Source of the DNA: Hormiphora californensis
Lineage: Eukaryota; Animalia; Ctenophora
Assembly (NCBI GenBank): GCA_020137815.1
Contig: CM035355.1
Location: 5,766,001-5,830,000 of the forward strand
Reading direction: 5' to 3'
Length of the DNA: 64,000 nt
In this document: one piece after another, positions 12,001 through 24,000 of the stretch
Layout: every line of letters starts with the position of its first letter
Numbering within the stretch: the first letter of the stretch is position 1
Translations under genes and position numbers: made by a program
The notes under the pieces: generated by a model
What the model was told of the DNA's origin: nothing
Databases searched by the model: none
What the model saw: the letters and a program-made list of their open reading frames with translations, nothing else

Positions 12001-15000
12001 ATTACTTAGAGATTAATTTTGGGGTGGCCCCTGCACAATTTTGGCAAATTTGATATTCAAACTTTGAGCCTTTGTGAAAGTAATGAAAATTATTTATTTC
12101 AGGTTATGATGAACAATAAGCTATAAAAACGCCCCTTTTTGTTACACAAGCCTGTGCTTGGTATCGAAGACACCTCACACTCTGTCGCCGGGCGACCTTC
12201 GCGTGCACACGCTGGCAAGGGGTAACTTCGTAACCAAAGCCTGTGCATTGTGCATAATGAAATGGATAAATTTTCATCCAGTTGCTGGCGATAGAACTCG
12301 ATAGAGTTCGATTGATTTACCATGACAACGGAGTTGGTTACCATACTAACCAGAGAATTCGTTGTAAAATAGTCCTTTCTTGCTATAAACTCGGCCTTTA
12401 GATAGAAAATTGATTTTATTCTACTCGCACTAATGCAAGGGCATTTCACAGTTTGGTGCCGTTATTTTTGTCTCTATTTTTAATAGGATTTTGGGATTAG
12501 ACTGAAAGTATGGGATCATTTGAGAAGTAGTGAAGATTTGAAAATGTTAGCAACTTGCCGGTTCGACAAACTAAACCCATATGATTCCAACTTCGGGTCG
12601 GACGAGGGGAAGCTTGCCTTTTGCGAACATAGTACAACTGCTTTAATTATGTAATTATGTAATTATGTAATTATGTAATTATGTAATTATGTAATTATGT
12701 AATTAAGTTAATTGTGTAACTTCGTAACAAGCTCTCATTATCCCCTCCCCCAGGTGAGTTTCTCTGTGCAGAGAATGGAGGGGGAGAGTATTGCAAACAG
12801 CAAGTTTACTACAAACGGAGAGGAGGATATGACAGATGAGGAGCAACAAGAACTCAGGTATTGGCTTGTTACTTTCGTAACCCTCGCTTCGCACCGGGCC
12901 GGAGGCACGCCGCACGGTACGGCTCCGCGAGCCGGGTCGCGTAATCTGACAAGTATTGGCTGCGTAGCCCCGTGTGAGGAGATCGCCCTACGAGTATACA
13001 CGAACAGGGGGGGGGGCTGGAGGGCTCCCGCGGTAGTATTTACCGGCAGGATGTACTAAATAGTCATAGTTTGTAGCTAGAAAGTTGAACTTCAAAGGAC
13101 TACCAAAACTGATAATCTCATTCCAGGCTGCAGGCTGCTGCAATGGTTTCAAAGAAAAAGAGTCGCAAGCGGAGAAGTACAGTTGAGAATCCCATACTAG
13201 AACCTCCTATAACTGATGTGAATGGAACTGAGGGGTATGGAAATGAAACTGAGGAGGCTGGTAAGATACAATACTTTGTTGTTTTTTTCTTAGTTGTTAC
13301 AATTTAATCTTTTTAGTAGTCCAATCCCATACTGCTGTAACTAATAACATGTTGGTTTGGCTATTTGCTCATCTTAAACTGTAAACACAGCCTATTATAA
13401 GTAGGGATGTAATTTAGTCCCTAATCGTGATCTTCTTCACCCAATGCAGAAGAAGCACCTAACTTCTTCACCCAACAGAAGAAGCACCTAACATCTTCAC
13501 CCCACAGAAGAAGCACCTAACATCTTCACCCCACAGAAGAAGCACCTAAGATGTCCACGGTTGCGATTGAGATAGCGGGTGACGTGGCAAAGGAAACAGG
13601 TCGTCTCTCCTTCATGGTGTTCAACTCCAGCAAGATGTTCTCCACCGAGAAAACTACCAACATCTCAACTAGTAAGTGTGTTATAACACTGTTATAACAC
13701 TAGTTAACACTGTTCTAACACTGTTTTATTGCTGTTTTACCGCTGTTTTACCGCTGTTCAAACACTGTTCTAGCACTGTTCTAATACTCTCCAAAAAACC
13801 TAAGAAACTAGATTCAGTGCCCACTTCTAATCTTCCCCTGTCTCTCCCAGTTGCCCCTATCTCCAACCCATTCGAGAGTGGGACTCTGTCCATTCAGTCC
13901 AGTGTGTTGGGAGGCAGTGTGGATGATGAGACTGACAGTAGCACTAGTGTACAGGCTGGCAGGTCCACCCCCGCAGCTACCCTAACCATGTCAACACAAG
14001 GGGTAAGTAATAAGTATATCAATGATTGTGTATTTAATGTGTATACATTTGGGGGAGACAAGTACAGTCAAAACTCAAACTTTTTTGACCAGACTTCTCG
14101 AGGGAAGGATAAGTTAATATACACGAGGGAGACAAGTTTTCGATCAGGGGTGGCGGGCAGCGTTTTCTAACATTTTTTCTCTCCACTCTCTGCAGGGTAT
14201 TGATCTAGATAGGACACCCTACTGTGTGTACTGGGATGAAGAGACCCAGGCGTGGAGTCAACAGGGTTTGGAGATTACAAGCTGTGACCCAGAGAGAGTG
14301 CAGTGCTCCTCGAACCATCTCACCAACTTTGCAGTTCTCATGGTAGGTGTAATCTTCAAACAAAGCTTTGAAACTTTGCAAAGGTTCCTGGTTCACATCG
14401 TCTTACGGTTTAAAATTATAATCCTACATCATGTACAAGTAGAACTAGGGTAGGACTAGGGTTGCAAATGAAGCCGACGTGGCAGTGACCGACCTGCACT
14501 GATTGATTGATTGACCACTCACACATGTCACCTAATATCAACAAACAATTCCCGTCAGCATTAATTCTCGTTAGCAACCACTAAACCTCCTCTTTTTCAG
14601 AACGTTGGAAACAACACATTCAGTGATATTCACGTGAAGGCCATGACATACCTCTCTCTGACCGGAAGCAGTCTCTCCATCCTGTGTTGTGCCCTAACTG
14701 TCATAGGACTGTCTGTCAAGTAAGAATACAATAACATGGGATAGTTCCTTTGGAATCTCTAGTTGCTATGGTAACTACTTCAATTCTGGTTGCTTTGGTA
14801 CTAATTCTGGTTGCTAACTACCTTTCTTCCCAGGAAAATGAGACGAAACCCGACGTACCATATTCATCTTTGTCTGGCTCTCAGTCTGGGTCTCGCTATG
14901 ATCTCTCTAAACGTTGGATTGGATCGAAAGGAAAATGAAATGGTGTGCCAAATTTGCGCCGTTGTTATCCACTACTTGTAAGTTAACGGTGCAGTATGGT

Positions 15001-18000
15001 TACCATGGTAACTCACAGTTAACCCGCATGTTACCATGGTAACCATTGTTAACCATTGTTTCAGCTTCCTGAGCGCTGTATCGTGGATGTTGGTGGAGGG
15101 AGCTAACCTCTACGTGGCTCTAGTCATTGTGTTTGGAGTTAACCATAAGAAACTGAAGATTGCAGCTCACTGCTTTGCATGGGGTTTCCCCGCTCTGATG
15201 TGTGCTATTACAGTTGTGGTGGACAAGTTTGTTCCTGGGATCCAGTTGTACGAAGTGTGCATGACCGCCAAATAGTAAGTTTGGGTAGTATTCATGGGTA
15301 GTGTTGGGTAGTATTGGGTAGTGTTGGATAAATTTCATTGGTGGTCTGTCTGATCCATCGGAACTAATTTCTTTTTTGGGGACCTAAGAAGTAAGAAAGT
15401 TTCACAGAGATCGAAAACACTGGGGAACGAATTGTGTGTGGGGGGGGGGGGGTCATATACATTTTCACTTTACCACTTTACAGTCCATATCGCAACAATC
15501 AAAACAATACGTCACGGGTTATCACTTCAATTTTACTTCCAATTTCGCCCTTTTGCTATTCAACCTCATTGATATTTTGTAACAAAAACACGCCAGAAAT
15601 TTCAGAACTTTCTCAGAAATTCTCCTTAGACCCCGTTGTATAGCAAATTAATTGTTGAGTAAGGAGGGGTCAAATCGAAAACAACATGTTGAGCTGATAT
15701 CGATAGGAAGATTAGGGAGTCTTAGTTTTATTTTGATCGTCCGCGTCCTGTTTTTAAGAAATTTATAGCTCGGAGACAGTACGAACAGTTTTCTTATCAT
15801 TAGAGACTGGGTCATACGACACCGTCACCATATGCTTGGTTTCCAATTTCTCCTACATGACATGGCATATTTGAACACTCATGATAATGAACTACATTAA
15901 CCGTAGTATTATGCACTATGCTGCAGGGACATCACACACACACACATCACCCACACACATGATTTTGATCAAGCCTGAACAACAGGTTATTGAATCAATC
16001 GACCGTTCAACGGTACGAGGTGCCATCACTGATTTCGTGCAGTTGATCCGAGGATCACGAATTCAATTAATATGTCGTGATTACTGTTTAATAGCCCAAC
16101 TGGTCATTCCGAAAAATCAGATACAAACACATTAATGTGCCGCACTGTATATGAGTTACTCCAACCCTCCAGTTTCAATGCTTGTTTAACGAAGGAAGTA
16201 ACCAAGCGATCCACTGGATTCGATATATCTAGGCGCATATCATATTCCCACAGTACTGATGTATTAGCACTATCTTTATATCGGATATCTCGAACAGCAA
16301 CAATCCTTGTGTTTAAACAGGGTTCTTGCTTTCTAACCAGTTAGGCGTATTAAACAGGGCACATGTTATCTGCAGCGCTCACATATCATGATAATGAACT
16401 ACATTAACCGTAGTATTATGCACTATGCTGCAGGGACATCACACACACACACATCACCCACACACATGATATTGATCAAGCCTGAACAACAGGTTATTGA
16501 ATCAATCGACCGTTCAACGGTACGAGGTGCCATCACTGATTTCGTGCAGTTGATCCGAGGATCACGAATTCAATTAATATGTCGTGATTACTGTTTAATA
16601 GCCCAACTGGTCATTCCGAAAAATCAGATACAAACACATTAATGTGCCGCACTGTATATGAGTTACTCCAACCCTCCAGTTTCAATGCTTGTTTAACGAA
16701 GGAAGTAACCAAGCGATCCACTGGATTCGATATATCTAGGCGCATATCATATTCCCACAGTACTGATGTATTAGCACTATCTTTATATCGGATATCTCGA
16801 ACAGCAACAATCCTTGTGTTTAAACAGGGTTCTTGCTTTCTAACCAGTTAGGCGTATTAAACAGGGCACATGTTATCTGCAGCGCTCACATATCATGATA
16901 ATGAACTACATTAACCGTAGTATTATGCACTATGCTGCAGGGACATCACACACACACACATCACCCACACACATGATATTGATCAAGCCTGAACAACAGG
17001 TTATTGAATCAATCGACCGTTCAACGGTACGAGGTGCCATCACTGATTTCGTGCAGTTGATCCGAGGATCACGAATTCAATTAATATGTCGTGATTACTG
17101 TTTAATAGCCCAACTGGTCATTCCGAAAAATCAGATACAAACACATTAATGTGCCGCACTGTATATGAGTTACTCCAACCCTCCAGTTTCAATGCTTGTT
17201 TAACGAAGGAAGTAACCAAGCGATCCACTGGATTCGATATATCTAGGCGCATATCATATTCCCACAGTACTGATGTATTAGCACTATCTTTATATCGGAT
17301 ATCTCGAACAGCAACAATCCTTGTGTTTAAACAGGGTTCTTGCTTTCTAACCAGTTAGGCGTATTAAACAGGGCACATGTTATCTGCAGCGCTCACATAT
17401 CATGATAATGAACTACATTAACCGTAGTATTATGCACTATGCTGCAGGGACATCACACACACACACATCACCCACACACATGATATTGATCAAGCCTGAA
17501 CAACAGGTTATTGAATCAATCGACCGTTCAACGGTACGAGGTGCCATCACTGATTTCGTGCAGTTGATCCGAGGATCACGAATTCAATTAATATGTCGTG
17601 ATTACTGTTTAATAGCCCAACTGGTCATTCCGAAAAATCAGATACAAACACATTAATGTGCCGCACTGTATATGAGTTACTCCAACCCTCCAGTTTCAAT
17701 GCTTGTTTAACGAAGGAAGTAACCAAGCGATCCACTGGATTCGATATATCTAGGCGCATATCATATTCCCACAGTACTGATGTATTAGCACTATCTTTAT
17801 ATCGGATATCTCGAACAGCAACAATCCTTGTGTTTAAACAGGGTTCTTGCTTTCTAACCAGTTAGGCGTATTAAACAGGGCACATGTTATCTGCAGCGCT
17901 CACATATCATGATAATGAACTACATTAACCGTAGTATTATGCACTATGCTGCAGGGACATCACACACACACACATCACCCACACACATGATTTTGATCAA

Positions 18001-21000
18001 GCCTGAACAACAGGTTATTGAATCAATCGACCGTTCAACGGTACGAGGTGCCATCACTGATTTCGTGCAGTTGATCCGAGGATCACGAATTCAATTAATA
18101 TGTCGTGATTACTGTTTAATAGCCCAACTGGTCATTCCGAAAAATCAGATACAAACACATTAATGTGCCGCACTGTATATGAGTTACTCCAACGCCTAGA
18201 TATATCGAATCCAGTGGATCGCTTGGTTACTTCCTTCGTTAAACAAGCATTGAAACTGGAGGGTTGGAGTAACTCATATACAGTGCGGCACATTAATGTG
18301 TTTGTATCTGATTTTTCGGAATGACCAGTTGGGCTATTAAACAGTAATCACGACATATTAATTGAATTCGTGATCCTCGGATCAACTGCACGAAATCAGT
18401 GATGGCACCTCGTACCGTTGAACGGTCGATTGATTCAATAACCTGTTGTTCAGGCTTGATCAATATCATGTGTGTGGGTGATGTGTGTGTGTGATGTCCC
18501 TGCAGCATAGTGCATAATACTACGGTTAATGTAGTTCATTATCATGATATGTGAGCGCTGCAGATAACATGTGCCCTGTTTAATACGCCTAACTGGTTAG
18601 AAAGCAAGAACCCTGTTTAAACACAAGGATTGTTGCTGTTCGAGATATCCGATATAAAGATAGTGCTAATACATCAGTACTGTGGGAATATGATATGCGC
18701 CTAGATATATCGAATCCAGTGGATCGCTTGGTTACTTCCTTCGTTAAACAAGCATTGAAACTGGAGGGTTGGAGTAACTCATATACAGTGCGGCACATTA
18801 ATGTGTTTGTATCTGATTTTTCGGAATGACCAGTTGGGCTATTAAACAGTAATCACGACATATTAATTGAATTCGTGATCCTCGGATCAACTGCACGAAA
18901 TCAGTGATGGCACCTCGTACCGTTGAACGGTCGATTGATTCAATAACCTGTTGTTCAGGCTTGATCAATATCATGTGTGTGGGTGATGTGTGTGTGTGTG
19001 ATGTCCCTGCAGCATAGTGCATAATACTACGGTTAATGTAGTTCATTATCATGATATGTGAGCGCTGCAGATAACATGTGCCCTGTTTAATACGCCTAAC
19101 TGGTTAGAAAGCAAGAACCCTGTTTAAACACAAGGATTGTTGCTGTTCGAGATATCCGATATAAAGATAGTGCTAATACATCAGTACTGTGGGAATATGA
19201 TATGCGCCTAGATATATCGAATCCAGTGGATCGCTTGGTTACTTCCTTCGTTAAACAAGCATTGAAACTGGAGGGTTGGAGTAACTCATATACAGTGCGG
19301 CACATTAATGTGTTTGTATCTGATTTTTCGGAATGACCAGTTGGGCTATTAAACAGTAATCACGACATATTAATTGAATTCGTGATCCTCGGATCAACTG
19401 CACGAAATCAGTGATGGCACCTCGTACCGTTGAACGGTCGATTGATTCAATAACCTGTTGTTCAGGCTTGATCAATATCATGTGTGTGGGTGATGTGTGT
19501 GTGTGATGTCCCTGCAGCATAGTGCATAATACTACGGTTAATGTAGTTCATTATCATGATATGTGAGCGCTGCAGATAACATGTGCCCTGTTTAATACGC
19601 CTAACTGGTTAGAAAGCAAGAACCCTGTTTAAACACAAGGATTGTTGCTGTTCGAGATATCCGATATAAAGATAGTGCTAATACATCAGTACTGTGGGAA
19701 TATGATATGCGCCTAGATATATCGAATCCAGTGGATCGCTTGGTTACTTCCTTCGTTAAACAAGCATTGAAACTGGAGGGTTGGAGTAACTCATATACAG
19801 TGCGGCACATTAATGTGTTTGTATCTGATTTTTCGGAATGACCAGTTGGGCTATTAAACAGTAATCACGACATATTAATTGAATTCGTGATCCTCGGATC
19901 AACTGCACGAAATCAGTGATGGCACCTCGTACCGTTGAACGGTCGATTGATTCAATAACCTGTTGTTCAGGCTTGATCAATATCATGTGTGTGGGTGATG
20001 TGTGTGTGTGTGATGTCCCTGCAGCATAGTGCATAATACTACGGTTAATGTAGTTCATTATCATGATATGTGAGCGCTGCAGATAACATGTGCCCTGTTT
20101 AATACGCCTAACTGGTTAGAAAGCAAGAACCCTGTTTAAACACAAGGATTGTTGCTGTTCGAGATATCCGATATAAAGATAGTGCTAATACATCAGTACT
20201 GTGGGAATATGATATGCGCCTAGATATATCGAATCCAGTGGATCGCTTGGTTACTTCCTTCGTTAAACAAGCATTGAAACTGGAGGGTTGGAGTAACTCA
20301 TATACAGTGCGGCACATTAATGTGTTTGTATCTGATTTTTCGGAATGACCAGTTGGGCTATTAAACAGTAATCACGACATATTAATTGAATTCGTGATCC
20401 TCGGATCAACTGCACGAAATCAGTGATGGCACCTCGTACCGTTGAACGGTCGATTGATTCAATAACCTGTTGTTCAGGCTTGATCAATATCATGTGTGTG
20501 GGTGATGTGTGTGTGTGATGTCCCTGCAGCATAGTGCATAATACTACGGTTAATGTAGTTCATTATCATGATATGTGAGCGCTGCAGATAACATGTGCCC
20601 TGTTTAATACGCCTAACTGGTTAGAAAGCAAGAACCCTGTTTAAACACAAGGATTGTTGCTGTTCGAGATATCCGATATAAAGATAGTGCTAATACATCA
20701 GTACTGTGGGAATATGATATGCGCCTAGATATATCGAATCCAGTGGATCGCTTGGTTACTTCCTTCGTTAAACAAGCATTGAAACTGGAGGGTTGGAGTA
20801 ACTCATATACAGTGCGGCACATTAATGTGTTTGTATCTGATTTTTCGGAATGACCAGTTGGGCTATTAAACAGTAATCACGACATATTAATTGAATTCGT
20901 GATCCTCGGATCAACTGCACGAAATCAGTGATGGCACCTCGTACCGTTGAACGGTCGATTGATTCAATAACCTGTTGTTCAGGCTTGATCAATATCATGT

Positions 21001-24000
21001 GTGTGGGTGATGTGTGTGTGTGTGATGTCCCTGCAGCATAGTGCATAATACTACGGTTAATGTAGTTCATTATCATGATATGTGAGCGCTGCAGATAACA
21101 TGTGCCCTGTTTAATACGCCTAACTGGTTAGAAAGCAAGAACCCTGTTTAAACACAAGGATTGTTGCTGTTCGAGATATCCGATATAAAGATAGTGCTAA
21201 TACATCAGTACTGTGGGAATATGATATGCGCCTAGATATATCGAATCCAGTGGATCGCTTGGTTACTTCCTTCGTTAAACAAGCATTGAAACTGGAGGGT
21301 TGGAGTAACTCATATACAGTGCGGCACATTAATGTGTTTGTATCTGATTTTTCGGAATGACCAGTTGGGCTATTAAACAGTAATCACGACATATTAATTG
21401 AATTCGTGATCCTCGGATCAACTGCACGAAATCAGTGATGGCACCTCGTACCGTTGAACGGTCGATTGATTCAATAACCTGTTGTTCAGGCTTGATCAAA
21501 ATCATGTGTGTGGGTGATGTGTGTGTGTGTGATGTCCCTGCAGCATAGTGCATAATACTACGGTTAATGTAGTTCATTATCATGATATGTGAGCGCTGCA
21601 GATAACATGTGCCCTGTTTAATACGCCTAACTGGTTAGAAAGCAAGAACCCTGTTTAAACACAAGGATTGTTGCTGTTCGAGATATCCGATATAAAGATA
21701 GTGCTAATACATCAGTACTGTGGGAATATGATATGCGCCTAGATATATCGAATCCAGTGGATCGCTTGGTTACTTCCTTCGTTAAACAAGCATTGAAACT
21801 GGAGGGTTGGAGTAACTCATATACAGTGCGGCACATTAATGTGTTTGTATCTGATTTTTCGGAATGACCAGTTGGGCTATTAAACAGTAATCACGACATA
21901 TTAATTGAATTCGTGATCCTCGGATCAACTGCACGAAATCAGTGATGGCACCTCGTACCGTTGAACGGTCGATTGATTCAATAACCTGTTGTTCAGGCTT
22001 GATCAAAATCATGTGTGTGGGTGATGTGTGTGTGTGTGATGTCCCTGCAGCATAGTGCATAATACTACGGTTAATGTAGTTCATTATCATGATATGTGAG
22101 CGCTGCAGATAACATGTGCCCTGTTTAATACGCCTAACTGGTTAGAAAGCAAGAACCCTGTTTAAACACAAGGATTGTTGCTGTTCGAGATATCCGATAT
22201 AAAGATAGTGCTAATACATCAGTACTGTGGGAATATGATATGCGCCTAGATATATCGAATCCAGTGGATCGCTTGGTTACTTCCTTCGTTAAACAAGCAT
22301 TGAAACTGGAGGGTTGGAGTAACTCATATACAGTGCGGCACATTAATGTGTTTGTATCTGATTTTTCGGAATGACCAGTTGGGCTATTAAACAGTAATCA
22401 CGACATATTAATTGAATTCGTGATCCTCGGATCAACTGCACGAAATCAGTGATGGCACCTCGTACCGTTGAACGGTCGATTGATTCAATAACCTGTTGTT
22501 CAGGCTTGATCAAAATCATGTGTGTGGGTGATGTGTGTGTGTGTGATGTCCCTGCAGCATAGTGCATAATACTACGGTTAATGTAGTTCATTATCATGAT
22601 ATGTGAGCGCTGCAGATAACATGTGCCCTGTTTAATACGCCTAACTGGTTAGAAAGCAAGAACCCTGTTTAAACACAAGGATTGTTGCTGTTCGAGATAT
22701 CCGATATAAAGATAGTGCTAATACATCAGTACTGTGGGAATATGATATGCGCCTAGATATATCGAATCCAGTGGATCGCTTGGTTACTTCCTTCGTTAAA
22801 CAAGCATTGAAACTGGAGGGTTGGAGTAACTCATATACAGTGCGGCACATTAATGTGTTTGTATCTGATTTTTCGGAATGACCAGTTGGGCTATTAAACA
22901 GTAATCACGACATATTAATTGTATTTGAACACTTTGTTGAAACATCTGGAGACTGTTTCAGTCGTTTCGATAAACTTTCTGATCAGTTGTGAGGCAGTGA
23001 ACTGTCCTTCTCCCTATGTCTCTTACTCTCGGAAGCTTTCTCTGTTTCCAGTTCTCTAGTTCTGAGTTCTCTTATTTTAGCACTTGCACTCTCTCTCCCT
23101 CGCTTCCCCTCTCTCTGAAGCAAAACAGATGCGCTACACACACATATAATACCACTCGACTGCGTGTTCTAATTATCTCTCGGCCTACTACCCGCTGTAC
23201 ATATATTCCCACCTAGCTGTATTGCAATATGGCGCTCTGACATGTCTCACACAGACTATGTGTTCGGCTGTGTCTCACACATTGTCGAACACATGCCTCA
23301 GGTTGAGCAATCTCGTTTGCATTATGCGTATGTCAGATCTCTTTGACTGATTCACTGCCATCTTTTGTTCTGTTTTCACTGCCCCAAACAGTAATTCTGT
23401 GACAGTTCTATTAATAGATTCAAAATTCTAATACCAGCTAGTTGGTTTTATGCCATAATAATGTTGTTGAGTAACTCAACAAATAAACACAACTCACTAA
23501 GCTCATCAGCTGTGTAGTGTGTACATTTAAAATTCCGTTTCAGTACATTCACACTTCATATAATTGTGTACGCTAACAATGCCGCGGCAACTGTGTTATG
23601 TGTACACTCTTTTGTCTTTCCTTGTATTGTGTGTTCTTTCGTCTTTTCAACTGGTAGCTGTTGTGTACAGTGAGCATGCCTTTAAATTGTTGTGCATCTC
23701 AGATCTCTATCTCAGATCTCTATCTGATCTCTATTTGTTTGTTTGATGGAGATATCAAGTTTTGTTATTGTGAATTGCTTCTACACATGATCATGACCTC
23801 CTTTAGATTTCACCATGTTTGACAACGTGGAAAAGACAGACCTGTGCACGTTTATCCAGCAATGTCTGTGTAAAACTATACTCCTGATAATTCTACACTT
23901 TGTGTGCCAGGCCATCAAACTACGTCACCACGTTACACTGATTATACCACCTTCATCACACGGGATCATTGGTGCGGGGGATGTTGGAGTGTCACGTGAT

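Larger units (their letters stand above)
6863..12645. mobile_element. Composite or nested Helentron-like insertion(s) filling a GPCR intron; limits uncertain
   Basis: Terminal hairpin AGGTGCC-ggca-GGCACCT (6871-6888). TCCGACCCGAAG (6888-6899) is inverted at 12591-12602. GCCC(C/T)TGCAC and ATATCGACTTGAAA motifs are shared between 6.9-8.1 kb and 11.4-12.0 kb. Confidence 0.45.

Noticed and set aside
15904-15912. TAGTATTAT resembling the CRESS-virus origin TAGTATTAC
   Set aside because: It has a mismatch at the conserved end, is not in the loop of a stem, and no Rep ORF is present.
15880-16386. Hammerhead ribozyme (classical retrozyme) in the unit
   Set aside because: No CTGANGA core was found on either strand; the closest is CTGATGT without a matching GAAA stem.
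15880-22921. CRISPR array or tandem protein-coding genes
   Set aside because: The units are identical with no unique spacers, there are no cas genes, and the context is a eukaryotic intron; the repeated ORFs only reflect the repeat.
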